A stretch of 63,193 nucleotides of DNA, counting the filler, from Basidiobolus ranarum (lineage: Eukaryota), in NCBI GenBank assembly GCA_040143965.1. It is 19 parts of 19 records of this genome, joined end to end, with 100 filler letters (N's around TTAATTAATTAA, not from the genome) between each part and the next. Parts side by side here need not be neighbours in the genome. Positions count along the whole stretch, not along the records: positions 1 to 3,241 come from JASJQH010002619.1; positions 3,342 to 6,582 come from JASJQH010002620.1; positions 6,683 to 9,922 come from JASJQH010002621.1; positions 10,023 to 13,261 come from JASJQH010002622.1; 15 more parts are not named here. The stretch is one strand, 5' to 3'. Below the pieces are notes generated by a model. That model saw only the letters and a list, made by a program, of their open reading frames with translations. It searched no databases and had not been told where the DNA came from. The position numbers were made by a program, and so were the translations under genes. Positions 1-11,039 of this stretch are shown here, in pieces. Numbering within the stretch: the stretch's first letter is position 1; each line of letters opens with the position of its first letter.

Positions 1-2
1 AA

Positions 3-1756
3 CTTGAAGTAGATATCGGTTATCGAGTCAACAGCTCCGCATCGCTAATTACTCACACATGGACCCATTGTGAGATTCATCCTAGTATGATTCTGGGTAT
101 TTGTGCCAGTATTATTCCTTTCCCCGATCACAATCAGTCTCCTCGTAATACTTATCAATCTGCTATGGGTAAGCAAGCTATGGGAATCTATGTTACCAAC
201 TATCAGCTTAGAATGGACACTATGGCAAATATATTGTACTATCCTCAAAAGCCCCTTTGTACCACACGTGCTATGGAGTACCTTCGATTCCGTGAACTTC
301 CAGCCGGCCAAAACGCAATTGTCGCCATTTTGTGCTACAGTGGATATAATCAAGAAGATTCTCTTATTATGAATCAAACTAGTATCGATCGTGGTCTTTT
401 CAGAAGTATTTTCTATCGTAGTTACATGGATCAAGAAAAGAAAGTGGTAATGTATTTTTTATGGAAACTATTCAATTGTATGGTAAAATTAATAGTTCAT
501 TCAAGGGTATGATGGTAATGGAGGAATTCGAAAAACCAACCCGCGAGACAACTCTTCGTTTAAAGCACGGTACTTATGAGAAGCTCGAAGGTGATGGCCT
601 AATTGCACCAGGTACTCGTGTCTCTGGAGATGATATCATTATCGGTAAAACAGCACCCATCCCACCCGACTCTGAAGAGTTAGGACAACGTACCAAAACT
701 CATTCCAAGCGCGATGCCAGTACTCCATTGAGAAGTACCGAAAATGGTATTGTTGACCAAGTTATGCTTACAACAAATCAAGAAGGATTGAAGTTCGTCA
801 AAGTCCGTGTTAGAAGTACTAGAGTTCCACAGATGGGAGGTTAGTGTTCAACTATGTATACATGCTATTATAGTACGTTTGCTGATGACGATATCTTCGT
901 AGATAAATTTGCTAGTCGTCACGGACAAAAGGGTACTATTGGTGTTACTTACAGACAAGAAGATATGCCTTTCAATAATGAGGGTATTGTTCCGGATTTG
1001 ATTATTAATCCTCACGCTATTCCATCTCGAATGACTATCGGGCATATGGTCGAATGTCTGCTCAGTAAGGTACTTGGATATTTTATGTTACTAGTAAGGT
1101 ATATACTCTCAGAACTAATTATATGTTTAATCTTATGTACACAGGTTTCTACATTGAGTGGTAATGAAGGTGATGCTACACCTTTCACTGAAGTAACTGT
1201 CGAAGCCATTTCTCATGCGTTACAAGAGCATGGTTATCAAAAGCGTGGTTTTGAGGTTCTTTACAACGGTCACACTGGTCGCAAGCTGACTGCACAAATT
1301 TACTTTGGGCCTACCTATTACCAACGTTTGAAGCATATGGTGGATGACAAGATTCACTCCCGTGCTCGTGGACCTGTCCAAATTTTGACTCGTCAACCTG
1401 TGGAAGGTAGAAGTAGAGATGGTGGTTTACGTTTCGGAGAGATGGAACGTGATTGTATGATTTCCCATGGAGTAGCTCATTTCTTAAAGGTAAGCTTCCA
1501 TTGACTTTATATATTAGTAGATTTTGCTAAAGCATTCTTATAGGAGCGCTTGTTCGATGCCTCAGATGCATACAGAGTACACGTATGTGATCTGTGCGGA
1601 TTAATGGCCATTGCTAATTTAAAGAAGAATAGTTTTGAATGCCGTTCATGCAAAAACAAAACCCAAATATCACAACTTCACATCCCATATGCCTGTAAGC
1701 TTCTTTTCCAAGAGCTAATGGCGATGAACATTGCACCTAGGTTAATGGTGCTTTAA
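3..1756 (+). CDS. RPB2: RNA polymerase II second-largest subunit, 3' part (5' cut by window/contig edge); exons 3-446, 506-839, 903-1069, 1145-1489, 1544-1756
   Basis: Motifs [60 protein letters not shown] and the C-terminal CxxC..CxxC. Four GT-AG introns of 54-75 nt restore one continuous frame. Confidence 0.98.
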
Positions 1757-2338
1757 TTGGAGTGATTTTCCGGGGAACTTTCCAGAAATTATTGATTATC
1801 GAAGCCAATGAAATCATCATGGAGGAAGTGCCTTTGGGTTCGATACTAAATGTGTAAATTCGTTTGTCTTCAAGAAAAAAGAAAAGAAAAAGAAATGTAT
1901 TGCTTTGAATCTTCGTATTTCCTGTTTACATTAACAATCAGAAACCATTTTTCGGCGGCATCTTACAGTATTTAGAAACTTGTATTTTTTATCTTTCCAT
2001 TAATTTCAATAAATCAAGTGATTTTGTTTTGTGATTTTTGGTACAATATTAAACATATTATATATGCCATTGTTGAATGGGGATTTTTTTAAAATAAAAG
2101 GCACTTTGAAAATACAGTCCAAAGGGCAAGGAGAGCTTATCAAACAGAATCCTTGTTAATTATTCACCAAGAATAAGTATATAGAAATAGTATATTTTAT
2201 TAGCGATGGAATAAAGAACAATGACCTCCAGTTACTGCTATGCAACTAGGGAAGCGGTAAGGTACATTTGCAATCGTTAAACTTGATGAAATCACAATTT
2301 TGGTACACTAACAATTTGCGTAATATATTAAAAGATTA

Positions 2339-2656
2339 TGTTAATTAAGGTAGCCTAAACATCCATATAGTCATATATAGATTAGTATTTAGTTATTCCA
2401 TATTTCCCTAGGATATCACTCACCATTCTCAAGAGAATCTATTTAAAAGTTTTCAGATATAGAGATTTTTTAAACTTGTGCTAGAAGCCCCACACTTTGC
2501 ACACATGCTCCTGGGACCTTCCTTAACACATTATACATGCTAGTCTGTTTAAATCTGGACAAAGCTATAAATGTTAACTGAATACTCAATAAGCAAAAAC
2601 CACCAATTTCTCTAATTCTCCAAATCACTTCTAACAGGCTCCCAAATACTTTAACA
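2339..2656 (+). repeat. Copia family A LTR (decayed copy), followed by a gag fragment to about 2760
   Basis: Aligns by eye with the LTR at 2798-3145 and ends ...CCAAATACTTTAACA. Downstream translation IVITVMNSLPDKFQNLVMALETR is Copia gag-like. Confidence 0.8.
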
Positions 2657-2797
2657 ATAAATGCACTTGAGCACCTACTACTGATCAGGATATTGTGATT
2701 ACAGTCATGAATAGCCTACCAGATAAGTTTCAGAACCTAGTAATGGCCCTAGAAACCAGAACTCAACATCTGGCCTTGAATTTGTTAAAGTATTTGG

Positions 2798-3241
2798 TGT
2801 TGAAATTAGCATTGCCTAGACATCTATATAGTCATATATAGCTTAGTACTTAGTTATCTTATAATTCACTACAATAGTATCCATTATTCTTAATCAGAAT
2901 TAACTTTGGATATTTTTACTAACTTAGAAGTTCTAAGATATATAGATTTTTCAAACTTGTGCTAGAAGCCCCAAGCTTTGCACACATGTTCCTGGAACCA
3001 TCCTTAACGCATTCTACATCTTAGTCTGCTTACATCTTGATGAAATTAATAATGTCAACTGAATACTCAACAAATCAATAAGTGAAAACCACCAATTCCT
3101 CTAATTCTCCAAACCACTTCCAACAGGCTTCCAAATACTTTAACAGGTTATGAGCCCCAAGCTTGCACTCTCTGTAATGTCAACTTCTCAAATATATGGA
3201 ACTTTTCCCTCTTCTGAAAAATTGGATGGAACCAATTATCA
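2798..3241 (+). mobile_element. Copia family A 5' LTR (2798-3145), PBS (3146-3157) and gag start (ATG 3177)
   Basis: TGTTGAAA...TTTAACA 348-bp LTR directly followed by GGTTATGAGCCC. Gag begins MSTSQIYGTFPSSEKLDGTNY. It sits 15 bp inside an inverted LTR-A end (2783-2797). Confidence 0.92.
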
Positions 3242-3341
3242 NNNNNNNNNNNNNNNNNNNNNNNNNNNNNNNNNNNNNNNNNNNNTTAATTAATTAANNN
3301 NNNNNNNNNNNNNNNNNNNNNNNNNNNNNNNNNNNNNNNNN
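3242..3341. other. Artificial contig spacer N44-TTAATTAATTAA-N44. First of 18; the others start at 6583, 9923, 13262, 16599, 19933, 23267, 26600, 29933, 33264, 36594, 39923, 43251, 46577, 49902, 53226, 56549 and 59872
   Basis: Identical 100-nt spacer whose core gives stops in all six frames. The intervening pieces never increase in length. Confidence 0.99.
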
Positions 3342-3646
3342 ATATTCAGGAGAATATATCAAAGAGACTAGGGATTTCAAAGGTGACAAATTAGCATTCA
3401 AGTGGTAATTGTGTAAAATTTGAGTTACGTTTTTTGCACATGTGTTGATCCATAGTTCTCTGAGATTTTAGCCAATCATTTGCAACTATTTTGCGAGATC
3501 TTGAAATTTCACTCCTGAAACTGAAAAAATTGATTAAAATCAAATCTAACTTGACGATTTTATGACGGTAAGTAAACGGTCAATCCCAAATGGATTAAAA
3601 TTGTGATGGTTTTCCTACAATAACAATCCTCAAATTTCTGTTAGGG
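3342..3646 (+). mobile_element. Family D (CACTA/EnSpm-like) terminal segment ending CTGTTAGGG
   Basis: The same ~300-bp segment recurs in many contigs, and similarity stops at the same ...AATCCTCAAATTTCTGTTAGGG boundary. Confidence 0.85.
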
Positions 3647-5405
3647 GTTGCCAATACTTTTCAGGCAGAAATCTTTTCAAGATTCTACTAAAATATATAC
3701 AAATCCAATACTTCCAGTCTTTGCATCTGAATAAACACCTAGATGAGTGGATATTGATGGGAGTCCTGGTTAAATGTGCTGCTATCTTGATGTTTTCAAG
3801 CATTTTCCCAATTGATTCAAACTTGGAACTTATCTTGAATGGCTCATTGATATTGAATTTTCCACTTTATAGCTTAATAAGTAGTATTGGAATGTTTTTG
3901 AATAGCAAGTGCATAGTGCCTAATTGGAAGTGCTGGCTCCAGCTGATCTCCTTTATTACTATAATCTTAGGCTTATGGCTGTTATTAGGTTTGAAGTTGG
4001 ACTGACATTTTGGTGAATTGATATCAGTGATCATATTGAAATCTAACTGGGCTCTTCATGGTAAAATCATGAAGTTTAGTGTTGCATTTGAATAGTAGTA
4101 ATACATATGCCTGATAGAGTAAACTCCATTGATTTTGCAAAATTTACAGCAAGATAGTGCATTGTGCCCACAAAAAGCTCCAACTTTACTGATGGCAGGA
4201 GTGTCACCAATACATATAATTATATTAGCTTTAATAAAATATTAACCCATTGGAACCACATTAGATAACCGTTCAAATTCTGCAATTAAAGACTCCAAGA
4301 AGCTATCTCCAAGCACTGGTGATTTAGATCCAAATATGATGGATAGTATCAAAATATTATGACTTTTCTACCATTCAGAAGGAGGAAGATTTAAGTTGAA
4401 TAAAATTATCGGCCAGCAAGCCTTTCCAATGGTATATTTGTTACTGAGAAACCATCCAGAGTCAATGCAAATGCATGATCATATGTGTTCTCAAAGAAAC
4501 CTTGACATTTCAGATTCTGGTAATGATTTTCATCAAGTATATCAGTAATACCATCAGCTTTAAGGTGAATACTGTTGTATTGGATCAATGATCTATATTT
4601 GGGTGATTTCATCAAGACTTTAAGCTGGGGAATCAATGGTATGTAAGCCAAATATAAACAATGTTTACCCAATTCAGTGATTGCCAGTTATGTGCAAACA
4701 GTACATGCCTTCAGGTTTTTCAGATCACTAGTGAAAGCCAAACAACCATTTGGACATGAAGGCAGTTTAATTACTGAAAGGTAATAAGTCATACAATTGC
4801 CAAGTTTTTTCCACTAGTACCAGGTCTGTGGCAAGCAACAGTTGCCAATCTACTGTGGTAATAGTGCATGAAAACCAATAAACACCTGGCTGCTAAGATT
4901 GGATTGAACTCTCCACTCCTCAATAATCAAAGCTGCTTTGTTCACAGTAGGTGTTATGAGTGGACTTATGTTTGCTGATAACAAAAAGTCTGTAACAAAA
5001 CTGTCATCTTCTTCTTCAACTTCTGATATACTACCATTGGTACTGGAACAACCAAGGTCACATCTAGCAGCAAGTTCTCAAAGTTGTCTGGACTTACTGC
5101 TTTGACTAGAGTTGCATTTTCACCTACATCAGTCAGGTCATATATCTGTGGTACCTGCATGGTATCTTGACCTTTGGCAGAGTAACCAAAACTTTGAGTC
5201 AAAGTACAGAAGTGGACTCAATGGGCAAAACTAAAGTCAATTTAGTGCACTTATTACTATTGTTATGCACTAGGCTTTGTGCAACTGGTGGCTTTGTACA
5301 GAGACCATGATTGTGCTTATTTTTTCTATGAAACCTCCAGCTTTCATAGCACAAGAATTTGTGACAATAATAGCAGGGCTTCTTTAAATGTTTGTGTGGT
5401 GGCAT
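3647..5405 (-). pseudogene. CACTA/EnSpm Tnp2-type (Transposase_21-like) transposase, decayed, N-terminal two-thirds
   Basis: N-terminal CxxC..H..H, CPNGC..F...CxxC, YIPLIPQL, ALTLDGF, NLNLPP, GDTPA and GHN..CCKFC motifs, with stops and frameshifts. Confidence 0.88.
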
Positions 5406-5617
5406 GAGAAGGATATTGTAGAAAAAAGAATGCCTCCTATGTAAGGATGGTCTTTTAGGTAATGCCCATCAATATCATCAGCTGATTTGGAGATGGTGTC
5501 GTAGATGAGTCATCAGGGGATTTACAAGATATTCCTGGTAATGGATGGCAATTTTGGTTTACTATAAGCTGTTTTTAAGCAATTTTGTTACACCAAGTTT
5601 ACCATCTTAAAATTGCA

Positions 5618-5930
5618 ATGCCATTCAAAAAGCATCAAAATCAAAATCAAAATAGGCTTCTAAGCCAAAGCCTGCTGGCATGAAGGGAAAAGTCCCAGCA
5701 AGAACAGAGGACTTAATTGATGAGCAGTCTAGCAATCTACTCTCCACTTTGGAAGGCATTAATATGCCAGAAACTAACTCAAGTAATGATGAAGCATTAA
5801 TCAATTTACCTGATATGTTCCTTTCCAGCAATGGTGCAAGTGAAGTTATTGTAATCCCCCAATTACATAGTAAATCAATAGTTGAGCAAAGTCAAACCAA
5901 AACACCATTAAGACCATCACCTTGAAAACG
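5618..5930 (+). pseudogene. Family D second ORF (ORF2), 5' part, divergent from the transposase
   Basis: Matches the reverse complement of ~52770-53079, which continues toward the family D terminus. Starts MPFKK. Confidence 0.7.
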
Positions 5931-5944
5931 GCTACTTTGCACAC

Positions 5945-6282
5945 TATTGAACAACCCCCTGTAGAAACTTGGATATTCAATTGGAGCTATTGAAAAGAAA
6001 GATTATGATGTCAAATTCAGCCAAGGAAAAGCAACCATATTCAAATCAAAGGACTTGATAGTAGCAGCTGGAACAAGAATTGGGAATCTATATCACCTGG
6101 ATATTGCACCAATAACTGAGACTGTTTCTAACTTTGCAACAATTACTTCTGGAACCTTGATGACTTGGCATCAGCGCTTGGGTCATTTAAACTATAATAG
6201 TATGAAACTATTATATAAGAATAGCCTATGTACTGGAATGGAACTTAAACCTTCAGATATTACTAAATGTGAAACCTGTATT
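5945..6282 (+). mobile_element. Copia pol fragment (post-protease / pre-integrase)
   Basis: GNLYHL...WHQRLGHLN...CETC pre-integrase and HHCC signature. Confidence 0.85.
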
Positions 6283-6582
6283 TGTTGAAGTTTATTGTCT
6301 TTATCATATTTATTATCTCTATCTTTATACACCTAACTATTTCATATATTGCATATAAGTTAGTTAACATTACTTAGTCACATATCTCTTAGCTGAAAAT
6401 TGGAACATATATTATATATATATGTGAATACTGTGAGAATTAGCAATTCCATATTGGAAATTTCAAACTTGTCCAAATTGCCCTAAAGATAGCTCATTTT
6501 ACTCCCACAGATGTTCTGAACACAACCCCAGTGTTAGTTTTCTGCATTTCCACCAAAAAGTATAAATGCTTTATTTCTGGAC
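6283..6582 (+). repeat. Copia family B LTR (cut by contig end)
   Basis: Starts TGTTGAAGTTTATTGTC and matches 27850-28226. Confidence 0.88.
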
Positions 6583-6682
6583 NNNNNNNNNNNNNNNNNN
6601 NNNNNNNNNNNNNNNNNNNNNNNNNNTTAATTAATTAANNNNNNNNNNNNNNNNNNNNNNNNNNNNNNNNNNNNNNNNNNNN

Positions 6683-7383
6683 TGACAAATTAGCATTCGA
6701 GTGGTAATTGTGTAAAATTTGAGTTACGTTTTTTGCACATGTGTTGATCCATAGTTCACTGAGATTTTAGCCAATCATTTGCAACTATTTTGCAAGATCT
6801 TGAAATTTCACTCCTGAAACTGAAAAAATTGATCAAAATTAAATCTAACTTGACAATTTTATGACAGTAAGTAAATGGTCAATCCCAAATAGATTAAAAT
6901 TGTGACAGTTTTCCTACAATAACAATCCTCAAATTTCTGTTAGGGAGAAGGGTAGATCCAATTCAGATCAAATTGATTTTATTTTTGTTAGGGTAAGTGC
7001 AACAGTGGGCTTTGATGGAGATTTTATACAAACTCATGCTGCATATGAACTAAAGCATGGGGATGAAAAACTCCATAAAAATATTCAGGAGAGTATGTCA
7101 ACGAAACTAGGGATTTCAAAGGTGAAAATTAGCATTCAAGTGGTAAATATGTAAAATTTGAGTTATGTTTTTTGCACATGTGTTGATCCATAGTTTTCTG
7201 AGATTGTAGCCAATCATGTGCACTTTTTTTGCAAGATGTTGAAATTTCACTCCTGAAACTGAAAAAATTGTTTGAAAGCAAATATAACTGACAACCCTAT
7301 GATGGTAAGCAAACAGTCAATTCAAAATGGATTAAAATTATAGTGCTTTTTTTATGATAACAATCCTCAAAGTTCTGTTAGGG
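6683..7383 (+). mobile_element. Two tandem family D terminal segments (ends at 6945 and 7383)
   Basis: Both end CTGTTAGGG and match 3342-3646. Confidence 0.85.
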
Positions 7384-8492
7384 TATTAATGAGACCCAAA
7401 ACTTAACCCATGTCTGTATAGCTCAAGTACTCAAGCCCCAGACTGTAAAAGAGGCCCTGAATGTCCCACATATGAAACTTTGGAGAACTGTGATGGCTGA
7501 TGAGTAACAGGCTTTGAATCATAATCTAATGTGGATTTTGACCAACCTTCCTGATAATAGAAAATTGATAGGCTGCTAATGGATGCTTGAGTTTCAATAC
7601 ATCTCTGATGACAGTATAGAAAGGTACAAGGCTAGACTAGTAGCTAAAGCCTTTTCCCAAACATCAGGAATAGATTATATAGAGACTTTTTATTGGAGGA
7701 TCTTGAAATAATGGGCGTAAAATTTGGGTATTACAAGCATCTCATGATAATGTGCTTTGGTTACTTTACTCTTAAGAGTATATGGTGACTTATATAGTAG
7801 AAAAGTAATTAAACTGTTTGAGATACTCAGTAGTTTGTATAATAAGATTTACTAGATAACTGGAGGTAATAAAACATACTTGTTACATAGATATAGAGAT
7901 ATTCCTATTTTGTATATAGGGGCAATAGAAACCTTTCTTTCTGCTTTTGATATCACAACTAAAGTTAACTAAGATCTTTAACAAAGATTAATTATCCAAC
8001 ACTTTTGCTCCTATAGCAAAGTTAAATTTGATATGATTGATTTTAGGAATTTCAGCTTAATGTCAGTTTATTATACATCAAATGAATGTTAAAACTGCCT
8101 TTTAAAGTGGAGAGGTTGCTGAGGAGATCTATATGGACCAGCCAGAAGGATTTGTGAACCTGGAAAACCTTAAGAGAGTTTGCAGACTCTGGAAAACACT
8201 CTACAGCTTAAAGCATGATCCAAGAGCTTAGAATAGCAAGATAGACACTTTTTTGGAAACACTGATATTCCAAAAGAGTAATGCTGACTACAGTATCTAC
8301 TTCAGGCCAGATACAACAAATGCAGTTTTATTAGCCTTATGCTTTGGAGAGAACTAAATCCAGCTTGTCTGCCAAATTTCAAATGACTAATCTTGGTGAA
8401 CTGACATACTATCTTGAATGCAAATTAAGATTGATATAACTACCAAAACAATATCTTTTAACCAGTCATGATATATCCTATATATATTAAAG
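7384..8492 (+). mobile_element. Decayed Copia reverse transcriptase, split by a solo LTR
   Basis: RYKARLVAK, IDYIET/FAP, HQMNVKTAF and IYMDQPEGF motifs. Confidence 0.88.
7691..8001. repeat. Solo LTR, family F (311 bp) with 5-bp TSD CTTTT
   Basis: TATTGGA...TCCAACA flanked by CTTTT (7686-7690 and 8002-8006), interrupting the DYIETFAP codons. Related copies at 41917-42465 and ~48400-48708. Confidence 0.88.
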
Positions 8493-9922
8493 TTTTAAAG
8501 TATTTGGGAGCCTGTTGGAAATGGTTTGGAGAATCAGTGGTATTGGTAGTTTTCACTTATTGATTTATTGAGCAGAAAGTTCACATATATAGTTTTGTCA
8601 AGATATAAGCAAACAAATGTGTAGAATGTGTTAAGGAAGGTCCCAGGAACATGTGTGGAAAGCTTGGGACTTCTAGCTCAAGTTTGAATAATCCATATTT
8701 CTGAGTACTTCCAAGTAGGTCAAAATATTTTGTGTAAATTCAAATTGAGAATAATGGATAATATCTTAGTGAAATATAAGATAACTAAGTACTAAGCTAT
8801 ATACAACTATATAGGTATTTAGGCAAAGCTAATTTCAAAACTCTCCCACAACTAAATAGTCATATAAACTAATACTAATAAAGATCTAAATTTCTGAAAT
8901 TTCTATCTAGCTAATGGTTTAATTGATATATCAGCAATGATGTATGCTGTTGAACAATAAATTAAGTCATTAAATTTATTCTCTATAGTCTCCCTAATGA
9001 AGTAATGCTTAATATCTATATTTTTGCTTCTATTATGAAATGTGGGATTATCATCTAATTTGATACAACTTTGATTATCTTGAAATATTGTTATTGGTGA
9101 ATTTTAAGGATAAGCCAAATCTGTTAAGAGCTTCCTTAACCACATTGCTTCTTCTGTTACTTCACAGACAGCCATGTATTCAGCTTCTGTTGCTGAAAGT
9201 GCCACAGCAGTTTGAATCTTTGAATTCCCTAAAATAGCTCCATTAAAGCAAAGAAATAAGTATCTTGTTTTAGATCTCCTGTCTTCAATATCTCTTCCCC
9301 AATTTGCATCTGAATATCCCATCAGATCAAAGTTTGATCCAGAATATATGTATTTAAGCACAGATCCACAGTACCTTTCAAATATCTGGAAATCCACTTA
9401 ACTGCTATGATATGATCAGATCCATAGTTTTGAAGATATTGGCACATAACTTCCACAGAATATGCAAAATCTGACCATGCTCCAACCATGATATACATCA
9501 AACTATCAATCATGGATTGATAAGGAAATATCTGGCTTTCATTTGAATCCAAGAACATCTTATTTGAGCTACTCTTGTTCAAGTCAAGAATTGTCTGCAT
9601 TGGGATAGATACTGGATCGCATTCTTCCATTTTAAGCTTCTTTGGTGTATCTAGGATATACTTGGACTTGTTTAAAGTTATTGTTTTGGTGGTTCTATCT
9701 ATCTTAATTTGGATTCCAAGATAGTACATCAGTTCACCAAGATCAGTCATTTTGAATTTGGCAGATAAGCTGGATTTGGTTTTCTGCCAAGTCTTCAAGT
9801 CATTGGTTGCTAAATAAGGTCTTCTACATATAAGGCTAATAGAACTAGGTTTGTCTTATCTGGCCTGAAGTAGATACTATAGTAAGCATTACTCTTTTGG
9901 AATAGGAGTGTTTCTAAAAAAG
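8493..9922 (-). mobile_element. Copia family A 3' end: RT/RNase H, PPT and 3' LTR (8493-8840)
   Basis: FKMTDLGELMYYLGI, GYSDANWG and VALSATEAEY motifs. Purine tract GTGGGAGAG abuts the LTR on the minus strand. Confidence 0.9.
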
Positions 9923-10022
9923 NNNNNNNNNNNNNNNNNNNNNNNNNNNNNNNNNNNNNNNNNNNNTTAATTAATTAANNNNNNNNNNNNNNNNNNNNNN
10001 NNNNNNNNNNNNNNNNNNNNNN

Positions 10023-10799
10023 CCAACATTTGGCACCTCTTGACAAGCCAAAACATCAGCAAATAAAACCCATGGCTCTCCAACCTCAACTGGTACTTTT
10101 CAAAGTGTTAAAATTAACTCCAAAGTTAAAGGCAAGCAAAAAGCTGCACAAGCACCACAAAGCACCTTCAGTAGCATCAAATTGCAAGGATGTACAAAAA
10201 TAGTCGAAGCGCTTGAGAAGTATTTTCAAAAGTATGAAGAGAAAAAGACGGTGTGAGTATGCAGAAAGTGGCTGCAGAAGAAGAATATTCAAATTGACAT
10301 TCAGTCTGGTGTTGACCATGCAGATATCTGGGAAGAACTTAATACAGAGTGGCACAACATTGCCAGGTATCTGCCTTATAGTTGGAAGAATATTGATTCA
10401 GCATTGTTAATACAATGGTGGGCTTTGATAGATATATTGATACAAACTTGTATTGTGTATGAGCTAAACCTTGGGTATGAAGAACTCTACAATAATACTC
10501 AGGAGAATATATCAAAGAGACTAGGGATTTTGAAGGTGACAAATTAGCATTCAAGTGGTAATTGTGTAAAGTTTGAGTTATGTTTTTTGCACATGTGTTG
10601 ATCCATAGTTCTCTGTGATTGTAGCCAATCATGCACAACTCTTTTACAAGATCTTGAAATTTCACTTCTGTAACTGAAAGAATTGATTAAAATCAAATGT
10701 AACTTGCCAATTTTATGATGGTAAGTAAATGGTAAATCCTCAATGGTTTACAATGGTGACAGCTTTCCTACAATAACAATCCTCAAACTTCTGTTAGTG
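10023..10799 (+). mobile_element. Family D ORF2 3' part and terminus (variant ending CTGTTAGTG, i.e. CACTA on the other strand)
   Basis: Matches ~31815-32589. Confidence 0.85.
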
Positions 10800-11039
10800 T
10801 ATGGTGGACAAGTCAAAGTGTATGGTGTATGGCTGGCCAACTTCACCAAGTGAAGCATTAGCAATATCAAAAATCTACAGTCATGTGGTTAGGATAATAA
10901 GGAGCTAAAGTGAGGTTGCCAGATTGACTCTTGGCTCACTCAGGTTTTGACCTGAGTGGTTTACCCATAGGGGGCTATGCAGTAATTTTGCTGAATTTGG
11001 CAAGCATGTTCCGTGTGCATCCCCTGGAAAAAGTCATAA

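Noticed and set aside
3721-4005. Many short hydrophobic ORFs in repeat contigs (e.g. 3721-4005, 10339-10665, 24577-24783, 32150-32428)
   Set aside because: They are antisense or off-frame readings of the transposase, ORF2 or LTR sequence.
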